From NCBI GenBank assembly GCA_030141605.1, contig JAQGDQ010000773.1, positions 1-64,000 of the forward strand: DNA of 64,000 bases, written 5' to 3'. A model generated the notes under the pieces. That model ran no database searches, had not been told where the DNA came from, and saw nothing but the letters and a program-made list of their open reading frames with translations. A program made the translations under genes and the position numbers. Positions 62,201 through 64,000 of the stretch are shown piece after piece; the stretch's first letter is position 1, and each line of letters begins with the position of its first letter. The DNA is from Tubiluchus corallicola. Taxonomy: Eukaryota; Animalia; Priapulida.

Positions 62201-64000
62201 ATGTTTACTGTTTCAAACGAGCACCGAATTTTTACGAAGCCAACAAAATGTTTAGTTCACGGTTACTTCCATTTACTTTTCTTGTAGGGGACGTCGGGTG
62301 TGGAGAGGAGATTCAAATTCAAGCACTTCCTGAGTGATTGCTTGTGATTTAATAGAACATATTGATGGACCAATCGGCCGGCGCTAAATATTCACTGATC
62401 ACCAATCAAGACTAAGTTTACCGACTGGTTCGGCTTATCGCTGTTATGAGGCATAATGCAATCAAAAGTCAAATTTTATAAATTACATAAAAGCAGTTCT
62501 AGATATCAAACTAGAATATAGAAAACAACCTATAAAAACAGCCTAAGAGAATTTTGGTTATTCAGTACACATTGTTAAAAATACTAGCCAGCTTGGGCTG
62601 TCCTTATCATTCATTCATTTTCTACATCTGCATGATATTTTGAACTATATTACTCAAACTATAAACTGCATGCCATTCAAGATTTTAGAAGCAAAATAAC
62701 GTGGCCACATTGACATCCCATAATTCACAAGCTGCTATTCATAAGTTCATTACCACAAAATGGAGACTTGAGCAGCATTTTATAATTGTCCTGATGGCGT
62801 TTACGTTAATCTAACATTCAGTTGGAAAATAAACAGACGTGTAAAAATGAGTGAAGCACAAACTGGGCAGGAAAAGTACAACTGTAACGTTCAGTATTAG
62901 ACCAACAGCTATGCTATCAATTGTTGTGAAAGCAGCTCTGAATCTACAACTTCAAAAGTTCAAGCAAAATGAACTTGAAGCACCTATTAACTCTTTTTGA
63001 CAAACAGTACTTAAAAATTGAAATGCATTAAGAAGCAGTAAAGCAAACATGCAAGCAAGCAACGTCAGTCAATGGTCTCTACTATTTCATCTTCTTGCAT
63101 AAAAATGCTTCATGGCCTCCCCACAAAATCTACAATATGACACGATACTTACTAGGTTCAGGCACACTTATTTCAGCACTAAACTTTTTCTTTGAGCCTA
63201 CAATAAATAATGTTACATACATTATCAGGGACGAGAATAACAAATTGCAAAACTCTGAAACAGGCCGGGGGTTTTTGGGCCACGTAGGACCCTAATGGGG
63301 TTGAAATTGCAATTTTGTAACCATCGAGTAAGCCTCTAAGTAGACTTAAAATATCAACTACCTTGTTTCATGCATAATTTAAAATACCCAACTATCAAGG
63401 ATACATGATACCTAATTGTGTCAAAAACGCGTAAGTACTGGCCGCTCCTATGCAAAAGTATATAAAAACCGTCTGCAATTGACTCAAATAACTCCGCACA
63501 ATTGATTCTATATTTTTATACATAGAGATATACACGTGGTTACACTGATGTACGTGATGTAAACAAAGTGACGGCCTGCCAACTAGCGGTCAGCTAGTGA
63601 AATAATGTATTGGGTCCGTAAACATTTTCTCAACCAACTTACGCGATTTACAAAAATGGCACTACTGGTCTTCCAAAAACTCGGAATTCCGCGTATCTGC
63701 GGAAAATTCTCATCCCTGCATTATGATTAAAATAGACAAGACTATTATTAGATGATGAAATAACGCTCTACTTTATTTTCTCGTTTGCTACTGCTACTGT
63801 TTGTAGTTTTAACTTCTAATTATGCCTTCTTAATCAAACTTTATTGCAGTTTATTCTACGGAAACAATTAAATGAGACTCAGAATGTTTTCAGCATATTA
63901 CGAAATCCGACAGACAATCGCACCAACGAGATTTATTAACCAATATCTCAGTAGACTTACTTTGGGGACTTTCTCTGCCATGATATGCTGCCGTTGTTGC
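35261..64000 (-). CDS. RIMBP2: RIMS-binding protein (RIM-BP2-like), 5'-partial, 23 exons
   Basis: Phase-consistent exons 5'->3': 64000-63961 (partial), 61239-61096, 59890-59670, 59423-59285, 58492-58316, 56404-56240, 55899-55709, 54742-54664, 54384-54223, 52794-52681, 52104-51931, 49157-48961, 48804-48592, 45961-45818, 44874-44766, 44122-43887, 43747-42798, 41781-41641, 40517-40319, 39422-39218, 37622-37516, 36701-36465, 35434-35261 (TAG). SH3-1 ([40 protein letters not shown]), three FN3 ([16 protein letters not shown]; APSEIKV; [22 protein letters not shown]), acidic [11 protein letters not shown]3-2 ([32 protein letters not shown]), SH3-3 ([30 protein letters not shown]) and a [11 protein letters not shown] tail. 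Linker exons are less certain than domain exons. Confidence 0.93.
35873..36043. repeat. 57-bp tandem repeat x 3
   Basis: cattaaggcattgttagacaatctaattctgacaatgctttgaacagtgac repeated. Confidence 0.9.
37761..38333 (+). mobile_element. MITE family B copy
   Basis: cagtggcggctcgtg ... aattttaactatggcctgccacta, colinear with 11915-12414. Confidence 0.75.
39720..40345 (-). repeat. 46-bp minisatellite x ~13 made of RIMBP exon end + 5' splice site
   Basis: Sense unit ATGTTTAAAGCTGGACAATTGATAAAG|gtacaaaatgcatttcaat. The first copy is the coding end (MFKAGQLIK) of exon 40517-40319. Confidence 0.96.
40701..41283 (+). mobile_element. Family A TTAA element, full-length copy
   Basis: ttaaaggaagacaagatgatttttcat ... 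gtccagttttgctttaa; colinear with 5962-6540. Confidence 0.8.
44187..44419. mobile_element. Small pogo/Tigger-like MITE
   Basis: TIR caggcagtcctcgacttatga / tcgtaagttgatgactacctg, TA TSD. Confidence 0.8.
46332..46662. mobile_element. pogo/Tigger-like MITE
   Basis: TIR cagtcgaccctcgttaaaccg / cggtttaacgagggttgactg, TA TSD. Confidence 0.9.
49180..49450. repeat. (CAAAA)n-type simple repeat, a U/G-rich tract on the RIMBP sense strand just upstream of a 3' splice site
   Basis: Direct reading; it is interrupted by one 35-bp minisatellite unit at ~49310-49355. Confidence 0.95.
49451..51007. repeat. 35-bp minisatellite x ~44
   Basis: Unit aacaattagtatcatagaaaactt(g/a)attaatcaat. Confidence 0.97.
51178..51570 (+). 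mobile_element. Family A element, 3'-truncated copy
   Basis: Begins ttaaaggaagacatgatttttca and stays colinear to acgtttccgaaat. Confidence 0.7.
52912..54172. repeat. 27-bp minisatellite x ~47
   Basis: Unit cacttttccacttccgtaaaca(c/t)aaac, with occasional 25-bp variants that shift the spurious ORFs. Confidence 0.97.
55037..55680. mobile_element. TTAA-type element, family C; related segments at ~17355-17760 (inverted) and ~38605-39080
   Basis: ttaa-AGCACAAGAAAA ... TTTCTTGTCCT-tcaa short TIR. 17358ff matches the reverse complement of 55400-55680, and 38610-38900 matches 55040-55310. Confidence 0.65.
57180..58197. repeat. 60-bp minisatellite x ~17
   Basis: Unit tgactcatcttcagccgagctagctgatttactgtgtgagtcagctgatgtagtagcaac. 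Confidence 0.97.
60378..60996 (-). mobile_element. Family A TTAA element, full-length inverted copy
   Basis: ttaaagcaaaaccgaacccaatcttaaactgtag ... atcctgtcttcctttaa; reverse complement of the 40701 copy. Confidence 0.8.

Overview
AT-rich, intron-containing animal (invertebrate-like) genomic DNA, not prokaryotic. Four genes were rebuilt by hand from splice sites and exon phases: a 5'-partial SMYD4-type lysine methyltransferase (+, 17 exons, 193-19722), an intronless orphan class A GPCR (+, 24287-25129), a short 220-aa TRAIP-like RING ligase (+, 5 exons, 26501-32278) whose first intron has full U12 (minor spliceosome) signals, and a 5'-partial RIMS-binding protein (SH3-FN3x3-SH3-SH3; -, 23 exons, 35261-64000). 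Introns are filled with MITEs and non-autonomous DNA transposons (pogo/Tc1-like, hAT-like, TTAA/Kolobok-like), an RTE LINE fragment, tRNA/5S-derived SINE remnants and many locus-specific minisatellites. The most striking pattern is that splice signals themselves have been amplified. A 40 x 27-bp in-frame array of SMYD4 exon end + 5' splice site and an independent ~13 x 46-bp array of RIMBP exon end + 5' splice site are clear cases. Weaker candidates involve acceptor- and branch-point-like units, and a LINE insertion has duplicated a 3' splice site in its TSD. Most long ORFs in the supplied track are repeat artefacts. Copy numbers and identities were counted by eye.
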